Of a stretch of 64,000 nucleotides of DNA, positions 47,557 through 57,053 are shown in pieces. Source of the DNA: a virus; the IMG/VR virus record IMGVR_UViG_3300027747_000004, positions 32,001 through 96,000 of that record; one strand, given 5' to 3'. The translations under genes were made by a program, and so were the position numbers. The notes under the pieces were generated by a model. The model was not told the origin of the DNA and did no database searches. It saw only the letters and a program-made list of their open reading frames with translations. Within the stretch, counting starts at the first letter, position 1. Each line of letters opens with the position of its first letter.

Positions 47557-48481
47557 TGTTGCCTTCTGTGATGTGGTATGGTTGATCTGGATAGTTTTGG
47601 AGATGATACAACGGTGGTGGAAGCTTGATGGCTTTCACGTTGTTGTTTAGTGCCCATGCGTAGGCATTGTTACCTAGCGCAAAGATCTTTCGCGGCGTAA
47701 GTTGCTGAATGAAACTTGCATCAGATGGCGCACCAGCAGCGTTTTGCGTATTTGCCCAGTACAAACAGCTTTCAGGTACGCCCTCATCTTCAAGAACTGT
47801 TGCCAACATTCTGCTGGGGCCATCGTTGTCAAGAAAGTTGATAAAAGGTACTACCACAGCTGATGACTTAACATTCATCTGAGGGCCTTTGTCGCACAGC
47901 ATAAGGTAGTTGTCTTGCTTAAACGAACCGCCACCTGTGCTTTTGTTTGTGATGCTTGCGTATTTGATTTTGGCAAACAAGTCTTCAACATCATCATTGA
48001 CATAGTCGTAGTGTACAACTGTTAGATGCGTTTGCAATGCCAGTGCGTCATACGCAGCGTACACTTGACGCAATTGCGTAGTGTTGTCAAGATACTCCTC
48101 ACCAAGCCGCGCAGAAAATGCCTGCTCACAAACCTCATAGGCAGGTTGGCACAATACCACTACTGCACCACGTGCAAGTGCAATACGCTCAAGCATGCGG
48201 CGACGCGGCATGTCAACACGTGAGTTGCCACCGCGGTACGCATCAGCGTAGATGGGCTCAGACAACCATGACCTATCCATGATGAGAGTGTCATCAAAAG
48301 TCAAGGCAGGCGACATCGCACGAAAGTACAACTTGCACAGTTGCTCAGACGTTAAGCCTGAGTAAGGGCCATGCTTAACCATGTGCACCATGCTTGCGGT
48401 ACTTTTGCTGATGATGACGCGCAGCTTTTCAGCAAGTGTTGACTTGCCTGCGCCGTCTGGGCCTTCTAAAATGATGATCAT
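47534..48481 (-). CDS. dNMP (thymidylate-kinase-like) kinase fused to UDG-superfamily-like domain
   Basis: IILEGPDGAGKST, DRSWLSE.IY; C-terminal ..PF..S..L..YWAN..IFALGNNA..LPPP. Confidence 0.75.
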   Translation of the reverse strand: MIIILEGPDGAGKSTLAEKLRVIISKSTASMVHMVKHGPYSGLTSEQLCKLYFRAMSPALTFDDTLIMDRSWLSEPIYADAYRGGNSRVDMPRRRMLERIALARGAVVVLCQPAYEVCEQAFSARLGEEYLDNTTQLRQVYAAYDALALQTHLTVVHYDYVNDDVEDLFAKIKYASITNKSTGGGSFKQDNYLMLCDKGPQMNVKSSAVVVPFINFLDNDGPSRMLATVLEDEGVPESCLYWANTQNAAGAPSDASFIQQLTPRKIFALGNNAYAWALNNNVKAIKLPPPLYHLQNYPDQPYHITEGNNGLSDYQ

Positions 48482-49365
48482 AAAAAAGATTGTAGAGTTT
48501 TAATAGTTGTAAGTCGCGGTGTTACCAGCACTTCTTGTTTTTGACCCTTTATGACCCTACGTAGATCATTGGTGTCCATGGACTCAAGCTCATGCAGTTT
48601 AAAGCCATATGATGGCCCAACAGCTGCAAGCTCAATAGGGTCGCCGCCAAGTACGCAACCTGCATACGCTGCATGTAAATAGCGTACACGCCACCAACCA
48701 CATCCAGCGTGCTCATATGTGGGGCACAACACGCCTTTGTAAAAGCCATATTCCCAAACAATATCACTTTCAAGTTTGCGTGGCTGGCCCAAATGCTTGC
48801 CACCAACAGAGTACACAGGCCAACTAAGACGTTGCGCACTTGCCCACAGGTGTGCGCCGGTTGACAATGACGCGTTGTACCACATTTGCTTACGTTGGCC
48901 CCATGACAGCTGATGCGTAGGTGGGCATACGTATAAGGGTGATGGGTCCCATGGCAAAATACATTCGACAGGTAAACCCATTTTGTCTTTGTTGCCCCAA
49001 GGGAACAATGGTGCAATCCATACGCGTGACTGAAGCTTTTCAACATCAATTACATTTGCCCATGTGGGCAGAATCTCTTGGAAAGACCAATCGTCGAGGC
49101 AGATGTATGCATTGGGTTTTTGTTCCAACGCATACACTGCCCCGGCGTGGTCAATCGCGTTGTGGTCCAATGGGTAAACATACACAAACACGGCGTCAAA
49201 CCCAGAAAGATCTTCGCCAACAGTCACCGCACGGTGCGCCACATTGTGGCCCATCAAACGATACGCCATTGTCATGATCTCTGGAATAGAGACGAACTTC
49301 GTAGAGCTTGCCCTATCAGGATGATTGATGTGCGTCTCTGTGACGCCAGTGATGAGTATGTTCAT
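48478..49365 (-). CDS. Putative DNA glycosyltransferase (base hypermodification)
   Basis: MNILITG..GHNV..R.V..GEDL..FD, LDDW, P.Y.HAG.GWWR.R; operonic with TS homologue and kinase. Confidence 0.6.
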   Translation of the reverse strand: MNILITGVTETHINHPDRASSTKFVSIPEIMTMAYRLMGHNVAHRAVTVGEDLSGFDAVFVYVYPLDHNAIDHAGAVYALEQKPNAYICLDDWSFQEILPTWANVIDVEKLQSRVWIAPLFPWGNKDKMGLPVECILPWDPSPLYVCPPTHQLSWGQRKQMWYNASLSTGAHLWASAQRLSWPVYSVGGKHLGQPRKLESDIVWEYGFYKGVLCPTYEHAGCGWWRVRYLHAAYAGCVLGGDPIELAAVGPSYGFKLHELESMDTNDLRRVIKGQKQEVLVTPRLTTIKTLQSFL

Positions 49366-49646
49366 TATGCAGCTTCGGCTTCTTCTTCAGCTTCGTCTTC
49401 GTACACAGCATCTTCAAGAGTGATGTCGCCACGTCCAGCATCATAGTGCACGTCACTGGAACGACCACCTGCAGCAAGGTAGTCTGCAATGGTCATGCCA
49501 TCTTCGTACAATGCAAAACGCGCATGTGCAAGGGAGCCTTCACGCTTTGGATTGACTTCCACATTAATGCGGATGACAGTGTTTTTGTCAATGTTGGGGC
49601 CACGTTCTTTGCGGGTTTTTTCGACGACTTCTTTGGTATCGGTCAT
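49365..49646 (-). CDS. Small protein with NPKR.GS..RF..Y..GMT domain and acidic tail
   Basis: First gene of modification operon; TAATG coupling to next gene. Confidence 0.7.
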   Translation of the reverse strand: MTDTKEVVEKTRKERGPNIDKNTVIRINVEVNPKREGSLAHARFALYEDGMTIADYLAAGGRSSDVHYDAGRGDITLEDAVYEDEAEEEAEAA

Positions 49647-49707
49647 ATAGATCTTTCTAAAAAGGATGAAAACTAACAGTGAATAACGTCAATGGTCAGT
49701 ACTTGCA

Positions 49708-51081
49708 TTATACATTACGATGAATGTAATCACGTACAGCAGTCAACAATTTTTGTTGCGTTTTGTCTTTGCGCCTCACAGCAAGCATAATTGCCTCATC
49801 TACAGTGTCATTTGCAATGATGTGATGCACCATGATGTTGTTTTTCTGGCCCTGGCGCCACAATCTACGAATGAATTGCTCATAGATCTCCAATGACCAA
49901 GTCAATGAGTACCAGATGACTGCATGCCCGCTATCTTGTAAGTTGAGGCCATGACCCGCCGACATAGGGTGCGCAAGCAAGACTGGTATTTCGCCGGCAT
50001 TCCAGTTCGTAGTAATAGAATCAAGCTTAGTGCCAACGACGCCTGAACCAATAACAGGCGCATTTGGGAATGCCTTCCTGAGTCTTTCCAGGTCGTGCTG
50101 AAAATGGTACCCAATGATGCAAGGCTGTCCTGATAATTCTTCCACAAGGTCCATAACCGCTTCAGTCTTTGCGTTGTGTACATGCGTTGTTACTCTTTCA
50201 TTGCCATCAAGATATGAGCCGCCATTGGCAATTTGTTGGCCCTTCATAACTGCAACAGCTGCGTTGACTGCTGTCACCGTGCCTTGTTCAAGCTCAATGG
50301 TCAAAGCTTTTTCAAAAGCATCGTACATTTTACGTGCAGCAGGTGGAAGTTCGACTCTGACATCGTTGTAGGCCAAGCTAGGTAAGTCAAGGTGATCAAG
50401 AGCTGCCATCCGCAGCACTTTATTGTTAAGCTTTTTCTGGATTCTTGCTTCGCCATCTGGTTGTAACTTCCACTCATAGCCATTGAAGCCAGAAGGGTAA
50501 AAATACTCTTCCCTAAACCTTGACACATAGGGCCCAAACGTGGCCCCCTGGTCAATAATCAACTGCGGTCCAAATATGTCTAATAGACTATTGGGCGCAG
50601 GTGAACCAGTGAGGCCCCAGCGTCGGTCGAACCGATCTAACAAAGGCTTCAAAGTTTTAAAGCGCTGCGTTTGCGTGTTCTTCATGAATGAGATCTCGTC
50701 AACGGTAAGAATCTCAAAGGGCCATGCTTGTCCACGCAATTTGCTTGATAGCCAGCCAAGGCCTTCAAAGTTGATGACGTAAATGTCGTGGTTGGCAGCC
50801 AAGGTTTTTTCTTTTTTGGCGCCATGCAAAACGCCAACTGAGTACCCTTCAAACTGCTCCCACTTTTTCACCTCATTAGGCCATACAGTGTACGTTGGCC
50901 GCAATGGCGCAATCACAAGCATTTTCCTAGCCATGCTTGACAGACGCAGCGTACGAAACGCGCTTAGCACAATGGCAGTTTTGCCTAGCCCTGGGTCTAA
51001 CCATAGTTGGCCAGACCCATGCTCAACCAGAAACTTTACGGCTTCTTTTTGGTATTCATGAGGTTCCCAAAACACGGTCAA
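49708..51081 (-). CDS. SNF2-family (SF2) helicase
   Basis: PHEYQ, LDPGLGKT, VDEIS, GLTGSP, AGHGLNLQ, Q..RRLWRQGQ. Confidence 0.92.
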   Translation of the reverse strand: MTVFWEPHEYQKEAVKFLVEHGSGQLWLDPGLGKTAIVLSAFRTLRLSSMARKMLVIAPLRPTYTVWPNEVKKWEQFEGYSVGVLHGAKKEKTLAANHDIYVINFEGLGWLSSKLRGQAWPFEILTVDEISFMKNTQTQRFKTLKPLLDRFDRRWGLTGSPAPNSLLDIFGPQLIIDQGATFGPYVSRFREEYFYPSGFNGYEWKLQPDGEARIQKKLNNKVLRMAALDHLDLPSLAYNDVRVELPPAARKMYDAFEKALTIELEQGTVTAVNAAVAVMKGQQIANGGSYLDGNERVTTHVHNAKTEAVMDLVEELSGQPCIIGYHFQHDLERLRKAFPNAPVIGSGVVGTKLDSITTNWNAGEIPVLLAHPMSAGHGLNLQDSGHAVIWYSLTWSLEIYEQFIRRLWRQGQKNNIMVHHIIANDTVDEAIMLAVRRKDKTQQKLLTAVRDYIHRNV

Positions 51082-51343
51082 TCCCTTCTTTTGAGTCGAT
51101 CACATACACCTTGTGGCCTCGGCTTGCAAGTTGGTCATGAACTTTTTGTTGCAATGGTGATACCACACCTCCGGGACGCTTAAGTTCAACCCATAGCACT
51201 TCACCATTTTCAAGAGGTACCACACGATCAGGCCAGCCGCGTTGAAAATGCACACTTAGCTTTAACGTTAAAAGACCATGCTTTTTACATTGCTTGCTAA
51301 AGTATGCCTCAAGGTCTCGTTCCAGCAGTACACGTGTCACCAT
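51056..51343 (-). CDS. VRR-NUC domain nuclease
   Basis: LERDLE, GWPDR, WVELKRPGG..SPLQ. Confidence 0.88.
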   Translation of the reverse strand: MVTRVLLERDLEAYFSKQCKKHGLLTLKLSVHFQRGWPDRVVPLENGEVLWVELKRPGGVVSPLQQKVHDQLASRGHKVYVIDSKEGIDRVLGTS

Positions 51344-51978
51344 TTGCAAGGCCCGCCATTGTCTTTACGAAAGTGGCAGTACCTGCAATTTGCGTTAGGC
51401 TTTGGCGCAAAGATCTTGTCGTTTTCGATCTTTAACATGCGGTTTGTCATCCATGTTTTCATCAAACCAAAGTTGTCACGCGTTACAGTTGCGCATGTTA
51501 CAGGCTTTTGCAGGTCAATGAATGCTAGCTCAAGCTCAATAGTGTCAACTTCAGGGTACAGCGCAAAGACTAGCGTGGCATAAAGCCGCAGCTGCTCTTC
51601 GTAATCACGAAGTTTGCCTGTCTTCCAATCAATGATGCGAGCTTCGTTGCCTTTGATTGCCAACAAGTCGATCTGGCCCCGTAGCCATACATCGCTATCT
51701 TTAAAGCCGCATGATGACCAGTCGCGCCGCACGCCTACGTCATGCTCAGGCAAGACAACGTTATAGAAGCTTTTGATGTCTTCAATGAAGTCAAGCCAAG
51801 GCTCAAGCTCGGCAGTAACCAATGGAAACCCATCAAAAGCTTCTTCAAACTCTTTGTGGATACGTTTACCACGCTCTGCAGCAGGGCCAGTGGGCTCTTG
51901 CAAATGATCAATACGCGTAAGCTTGTACTTGTAGGGGCAGCCTTCATACGTTGAAATGCTGGAGTGTGAATAGCTCAT
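51337..51978 (-). CDS. PD-(D/E)XK exonuclease (Cas4/RecB-like)
   Basis: SHS....Y..CP, G..IH, GQID, IIDWKTG, QL..YA, C.YC.F..C. Confidence 0.88.
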   Translation of the reverse strand: MSYSHSSISTYEGCPYKYKLTRIDHLQEPTGPAAERGKRIHKEFEEAFDGFPLVTAELEPWLDFIEDIKSFYNVVLPEHDVGVRRDWSSCGFKDSDVWLRGQIDLLAIKGNEARIIDWKTGKLRDYEEQLRLYATLVFALYPEVDTIELELAFIDLQKPVTCATVTRDNFGLMKTWMTNRMLKIENDKIFAPKPNANCRYCHFRKDNGGPCKW

Positions 51979-53792
51979 TTGGTTTCCTGATAGTTGTTGC
52001 CAATCTTGTAGTCACTAATCATTGGCACGTCCATGGTTAGTGCATTGCACATTGCATTGACCAAGCACTCAGCCTCACGTTCAAGCGCGTCAATAGGGGC
52101 ACTGATGACCAATTCATCATGCACACTAAGTAGCAGCCTGCTACCTTTACGTGTCTTCTGATACAGCAGCATTGCAGCTTTGGCTTGGTCAGCAGCAGAG
52201 CCTTGAATCAACAAGTTGACGCCTTTATAGTCAAACTCACGCATACGGCCATTGATGACCTTAGGTGGCTCCATTTTGACAAGCCTGCCGCCAATAGTCT
52301 TAAGGGGCTCACCAAGCTTGTACCTTGTACGCATGGTTGCCTGCATGACCTTAAGTCCCGGCGCCACAGCTGTTGTGTAGGCATTCATCAGTGTGCGCGC
52401 CATGTCAAGGTCAACACTAAGCATATCACTGATTTTGGTTGGACCTGCGCCATACAGAATTGCAAAGCTTACGCCTTTTGAGTACGTACGACTAACAGGC
52501 CTGCCACTTGCCTCGGTCATCAAGTTGGCTGCGTACGTATGCAAATCGGCACGTGCATCTGCCTGATACTGCTTCATGAGGTTGCCACCTTCAAAGTGGG
52601 CAAAGATACGAAGCTCTTGAGCATTGAAGTCACATGCAATAAGCTTGTGGCCTTCGTCAGGCAAAATGAAGCTACGAATCAATGGCAATGGTGCAACCTT
52701 TAAATCTGCAGGAAGCGTGACTACTGGATACCTGATGGGGGCGTTTTGAAAATTTGGTGTGGAAGATAGTCGTCCAGTTCGAGTTCCACCGCGCTCACCT
52801 CTAACGCTATTCCAGTTTGTATAGATTCGACCCGTAGTACTTGAAGCTTGTAGCCACGGTTCAATAAAAGTCGATAAACAAGTGGAAAGATTTGCTCGAA
52901 ATCTGAGGACATCACGTAGCTCCAAGTTGGTAAGCATTTCGTCGAATGCCTCTTTAGTGGCTTGCAATTGCCCCTTGTCTGTTGCAGGCCATTGTTTATT
53001 TTTGTCCCAGTGCTCAGATGCATAAATACATTCGACAAGCTGTTGATCGCTGTCGACATTCAATTCAGGAGAACCTAACAATGAACGTACCCAATCATTA
53101 CAAAGCGCAATGTCTATTTCTGCTTGTGCCTTTGCTTTTTCAAGGCCTTCCACATCTACACGTATGCCTAGACTTGAGTTTTCAAGCAGCATCGGAATCA
53201 GTTCCATCTCACGGCGGTAAGGCACCAACTGCGCAGGCAAAACCTTTGCCTCCAAATAGTCGTAGAGCAAAGCGGTAAGCCGTACGTCAGCCATTGCATA
53301 GCGACCCACCAGCGCCACTGGGCCGCGACAGATGTATGCTCCCCATGTAGACTTCTTTCGCTTGGCTTCTAGCACGTTCTCAATGACCCAAGCCTTTAGC
53401 TCATCCCGTTCGTCTGGTTGCGCAAGGCCCCATGTGACAACTAGGTCTTTGAGAGACAGAGAGCGAGTATGAGGGTCATGCAAAAAAGCCAGAACAAGGG
53501 TATCGTTAATTCGATTAGCCGCAGGAGTGTCGAGCCCAAAATGTACGTTAATGACGTCCAAATCGAATGCAGCGTTGTGAAAGCATATCTGCCGAGTTGA
53601 CGTGAAAATGGCTTTGAGTATCTCATGCACTTCATCCTTGGTGGCATTGTTGTCGTGTAAATGACCAAACGCGTAGTAGTCATCGCGTACTTCACCTTCA
53701 GGGTCAAAGATAGCAAGGCCCACCGGCACTGGTGGGTACTTGGGCCTTGCTTCTATTCCCTCGGTTTCAAAGTCGAGGAAGATCGGTTTCAT
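51975..53792 (-). CDS. polA: Family A DNA polymerase with 3'-5' exonuclease
   Basis: LDFET, HNAAFD, YAMAD, TRTGRLSS.PN.QN, DFNAQELR, K..SFAILYG, IQGSAAD, VHDE. Confidence 0.95.
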   Translation of the reverse strand: MKPIFLDFETEGIEARPKYPPVPVGLAIFDPEGEVRDDYYAFGHLHDNNATKDEVHEILKAIFTSTRQICFHNAAFDLDVINVHFGLDTPAANRINDTLVLAFLHDPHTRSLSLKDLVVTWGLAQPDERDELKAWVIENVLEAKRKKSTWGAYICRGPVALVGRYAMADVRLTALLYDYLEAKVLPAQLVPYRREMELIPMLLENSSLGIRVDVEGLEKAKAQAEIDIALCNDWVRSLLGSPELNVDSDQQLVECIYASEHWDKNKQWPATDKGQLQATKEAFDEMLTNLELRDVLRFRANLSTCLSTFIEPWLQASSTTGRIYTNWNSVRGERGGTRTGRLSSTPNFQNAPIRYPVVTLPADLKVAPLPLIRSFILPDEGHKLIACDFNAQELRIFAHFEGGNLMKQYQADARADLHTYAANLMTEASGRPVSRTYSKGVSFAILYGAGPTKISDMLSVDLDMARTLMNAYTTAVAPGLKVMQATMRTRYKLGEPLKTIGGRLVKMEPPKVINGRMREFDYKGVNLLIQGSAADQAKAAMLLYQKTRKGSRLLLSVHDELVISAPIDALEREAECLVNAMCNALTMDVPMISDYKIGNNYQETK

Positions 53793-54556
53793 TAGAAGCG
53801 CGTCGATTGTGCTGCAGCTTCAGGGGCGCCATCATCACCTGCAAAGGCAACGGACTCCAGTGCTTTGGCGTTTTCATTAGTTGCACGCATAATCAATGCA
53901 TTCAACACGTCAGCGTCTTGCACCACGCTCTTCATGGTGAAGGTCACCTTGAATTGCGTCTTGGCATCAGGCACAACAGCTAAGGTGGTTACCACACCAA
54001 GCGTTGGGCGACGCAGCGTAGCAGCAATCGTTTGAATGTACGTGGTGTAGTTGCGAATGCTGGTAACCGGTGGGCGCAATGCGACAACCTCAGCAGCTTG
54101 CACAGCACTTGCGCTCGCAATGCTATCTGCAGGCAGAATCAACAAGCGGCGAGTCTCACGGCAAGCCTTGCCTTTGCCACCATTGTTAGCGGAGCCCCAC
54201 TCATTTTGCGGGCAGCCTTCGCAGGTAGTGTGTTGCTTACCTTCAGCGGCGTCTGACGGGCCCATGCCGGTTGCAGCTGACGCAATGGCAAAGCATTTCG
54301 GGCCCACAGTCTTGGTAGGGTCATAGCGGCTGTCGTAGTACAAACGCTCAATGGGGCCTGCCAAAATGACGCAGTCCAATTGGTTGTTGGCAACAGGGTT
54401 GCCGCGGTACGTCAGCACGCCACTTTTGGTGGACAGGAATGCTGTGCCAAGGGTCGATTGCTCTGCCTTGACAGTGTCCATGGCCAATGCGGCCAATTGG
54501 TCTTCGAACAAGCTCAGCTGGTTCTTTTCGGGTTTAGTGATAGCATTTTTAGACAT
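53792..54556 (-). CDS. Putative ssDNA-binding/annealing protein with Cys cluster
   Basis: YY...YDP..PKCF, TCEGCPQNEWGS..GKAC; adjacent to polA. Confidence 0.55.
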   Translation of the reverse strand: MSKNAITKPEKNQLSLFEDQLAALAMDTVKAEQSTLGTAFLSTKSGVLTYRGNPVANNQLDCVILAGPIERLYYDSRYDPTKTVGPKCFAIASAATGMGPSDAAEGKQHTTCEGCPQNEWGSANNGGKGKACRETRRLLILPADSIASASAVQAAEVVALRPPVTSIRNYTTYIQTIAATLRRPTLGVVTTLAVVPDAKTQFKVTFTMKSVVQDADVLNALIMRATNENAKALESVAFAGDDGAPEAAAQSTRF

Positions 54557-54574
54557 GATGTTCCTAACAAGTTA

Positions 54575-54943
54575 CTAGTTTTTACGATACACGGACAGTT
54601 CAAAAGACTTTGATGCCAAAGTCCCAGGTATTGTCTCACCGGCTTCCCATCGTTCACGGAAAATCGCTGAAGACAATCTTTTGTGCAGCAGCTCAAATTG
54701 CTTTGTTTCTGCTACGTATTCATAGAAGGTAGGCCAATCAACAATTGTAGGATTAGACACCTCTTTCATTGTGCATGATGCCTTGTCAGAGCCGGCCTTA
54801 GAAATGCCTTGCGCTGCCATTTGCTCCATGATGTCTGCTTCAAGAGCAGACAGCTTTTTTGTGAGCTCTTTTGCCTCTGCAGTTAGCTCTTCACGTTTGC
54901 CTTTGACAGTGACAAACTCATCGATTAAGTCTTTAATGTTCAT
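54575..54943 (-). CDS. Hypothetical replication-region protein
   Basis: Coiled coil plus DW..FY.Y..LL.KR..GE.IPG. Confidence 0.7.
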   Translation of the reverse strand: MNIKDLIDEFVTVKGKREELTAEAKELTKKLSALEADIMEQMAAQGISKAGSDKASCTMKEVSNPTIVDWPTFYEYVAETKQFELLHKRLSSAIFRERWEAGETIPGTLASKSFELSVYRKN

Positions 54944-55328
54944 GTTTGTAGCTTTGCAATATGATTGCAATGTCGCCTTGCGGCGCAATCCAGCCTATAG
55001 GCTTTACAATGTCAAAGTGGTTACCACGCAAACTGCGAATATAGTCATTAGCAGGTTCTTTGCGCATGTTGGCTGCATGCACCAAAGCAAAGATCGCGTC
55101 AAAGGGTAGTCCCATGGCATGAGCGCAGCCAAGCACAACGTATGTCAAATCAGCCAGTGCGTCAGCAGCCTCAGGCAAATCGCCATCCTCACATGCCTTC
55201 ATGTACTCACTAAGCTCTTCAAGGATGAACCTTGAAAAGTAGGAGCTTTCACTAGGGTCAAGTAGTTGCGGCTTATCGCCAATAGGCAATTGCATTGCCT
55301 TACGGAACTCAAGGACTTTGTCGTACAT
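54933..55328 (-). CDS. MazG-like (PRA-PH/DR2231-type) dNTP pyrophosphohydrolase
   Basis: V.EF, LEELSE, ADALADL.YV..G, VH.ANM.K, KP.GW. Confidence 0.85.
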   Translation of the reverse strand: MYDKVLEFRKAMQLPIGDKPQLLDPSESSYFSRFILEELSEYMKACEDGDLPEAADALADLTYVVLGCAHAMGLPFDAIFALVHAANMRKEPANDYIRSLRGNHFDIVKPIGWIAPQGDIAIILQSYKHEH

Positions 55329-55843
55329 TATGCAGCTTTCAAGGATGTGGCCCAGATGTCTGATAGCCAGTAGGGTGGAGGCGTAGTGCCTTTAAAGTAC
55401 ACCATAGGCATACGTTCGATTTTACTAGCGTAGAAGCGGCGGTATGAGTCAATGGTGTTGGGGGACTTGTATTCGTCAGGCATGGCCAACGGAGGGTCTT
55501 GCCACACAAGGGGCATAGCCAGCATGGCAGGTGGAGCTTTCATGAGCTGCTCGACAACAATGAGATGCGTTTTGTGGCGTTTGCCGTAGCGGACGTAAAA
55601 CTGCCGGCCAAGGGCCAATGCAAGCTCGACAACGTAGTCATAGTGGAGCCTGCTAGAACGTACCCAGACGTTGCTTGGGTGGTTTTTATGGGTGGGCTTA
55701 TAGGACACATGGTCGCCGTTGCCAAAGTGGTGATGCGCTGTGGCCAGCATTTGTGCTGACTCAATAAGCATTTTGCCTACATGCTTGTCGCAATGCATGC
55801 CTGCTGCAACAGCTGCGCAATGGTGGAGATAGAAGACGTTCAT
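55328..55843 (-). CDS. Pyrimidine-dimer DNA glycosylase-like (endonuclease V family)
   Basis: MN.FYL, HCDKHV.KM..ESAQML.TAH, YK.TH.NHP, P.AMPD.YK, YR..Y. Confidence 0.75.
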   Translation of the reverse strand: MNVFYLHHCAAVAAGMHCDKHVGKMLIESAQMLATAHHHFGNGDHVSYKPTHKNHPSNVWVRSSRLHYDYVVELALALGRQFYVRYGKRHKTHLIVVEQLMKAPPAMLAMPLVWQDPPLAMPDEYKSPNTIDSYRRFYASKIERMPMVYFKGTTPPPYWLSDIWATSLKAA

Positions 55844-55888
55844 AGATACCTTTCAATAGACAATGCTGAGATTATATAACAAAAGGGT

Positions 55889-55960
55889 GGGGGTACTTGC
55901 TTTGCTGGTTTAGTGGGACTAAGTTGCACTTAGGTCTATTACCAGCATCAGCTTTCCCCC
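55889..55960. other. Long imperfect hairpin downstream of DUF932 gene
   Basis: GGGGG..TGCTGGT..CTAAGT-TGC-ACTTAG..ACCAGCA..CCCCC. Confidence 0.5.
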
Positions 55961-55967
55961 CGAAACT

Positions 55968-56927
55968 TTATGCCAAGGCCAACAGGTCTTGTACTGCTTG
56001 TTGCTTGATGGATACACCACCACCAAACCATGCATTGGCCAGTCGAGCATCGCCTGTGCGTGCTGTTTCCCAGTCCATCAGTTGAGTGACTGCATTCAAT
56101 GCACCCCATGCAGTACCTTTGGCAGATTCAAGATCTGCACCGATGCCTGCGCCGTCAAACAATGCCAGAGCACGTTGTGCTGCACGGCTTGGCTTTTTGT
56201 CATCACCACCAAGTAGCTTGGTAAAGATGCTTTGCGCTTGCATGCTGCCGAGCTTGATGCCTGCCAATGCTTTGGCAGTTTGCTCGAACGTTTTGAATGC
56301 TTCGTTGAAGTTGGCCAGCTCGGTTTTGACAGCGGTGGGATTGAACACCGAGTTGTGACGCACACTAACTTCTGCCTTGCCTTTTTGCGCCAGTTGCAAT
56401 GTGTTGTTGCAAACAACGCGGACCGAAGTCAACCGAGCTTGCGTTGCCAAGGAACCATCGGCGGACGAGGCCAGAAGCAGGTACTGGTTGACTTTATCAC
56501 CAGCAAGGTTGAATTCACCATCCATCCGTGCCAGTGCCCAGTAGTGTGCGCCATTGCGCAGGACGCCAGCTGTTTCAAGGTGGGCAATAGAGCCAACCAT
56601 GTCACGGAAGAACTCAAGCACTTCCATGGGCTGCACAATTTTGTATTGGCTAGACACCAAGCCCAAAGGCATTTCGTTGTCAGTGCGGTACATGACTTTT
56701 TTGCCATTGAACTTTGTGTGCTGAGGCTTAAAGCCATTCCACACAGATGCAGGTGGCGCAAACTGAACATCTGCAGTAGCCAATTGGAAGTCAAGACCAG
56801 ATTCTTCAGCCCAGGTTTCAATGGTGGAGTCAGCAGTAAGTCGTTGACCCAAACCGTGCCAAGGGGTGTCACCTACGTAAGCCATTGCAGCTTTGCCGGT
56901 GAGAGTAGTTGCGAGCATGTGTGCCAT
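55968..56927 (-). CDS. DUF932 family (TIGR03299-like) protein
   Basis: PWHGLG, LG.VS..Y..VQ, ETAG.L..G, VRVVCNNTL, GTAWG..NAVT. Confidence 0.88.
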   Translation of the reverse strand: MAHMLATTLTGKAAMAYVGDTPWHGLGQRLTADSTIETWAEESGLDFQLATADVQFAPPASVWNGFKPQHTKFNGKKVMYRTDNEMPLGLVSSQYKIVQPMEVLEFFRDMVGSIAHLETAGVLRNGAHYWALARMDGEFNLAGDKVNQYLLLASSADGSLATQARLTSVRVVCNNTLQLAQKGKAEVSVRHNSVFNPTAVKTELANFNEAFKTFEQTAKALAGIKLGSMQAQSIFTKLLGGDDKKPSRAAQRALALFDGAGIGADLESAKGTAWGALNAVTQLMDWETARTGDARLANAWFGGGVSIKQQAVQDLLALA

Positions 56928-57053
56928 GATGATTGCCTTTCAATATACAGTAAACAAGTAAGTTAGAGGGACCAGTTTGTAGTTGCCTACAGTTGAATTG
57001 TACAGCTGTTTTTGCAACTTTTTCACGTTTTTGCAAAAAAGTTGCAAAAAAGT

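Noticed and set aside
51975-55328. 2-aminoadenine (Z) genome suggested by PolA plus MazG-like genes
   Set aside because: No PurZ or HD-domain dATPase seen; the TS-family cluster points to cytosine instead
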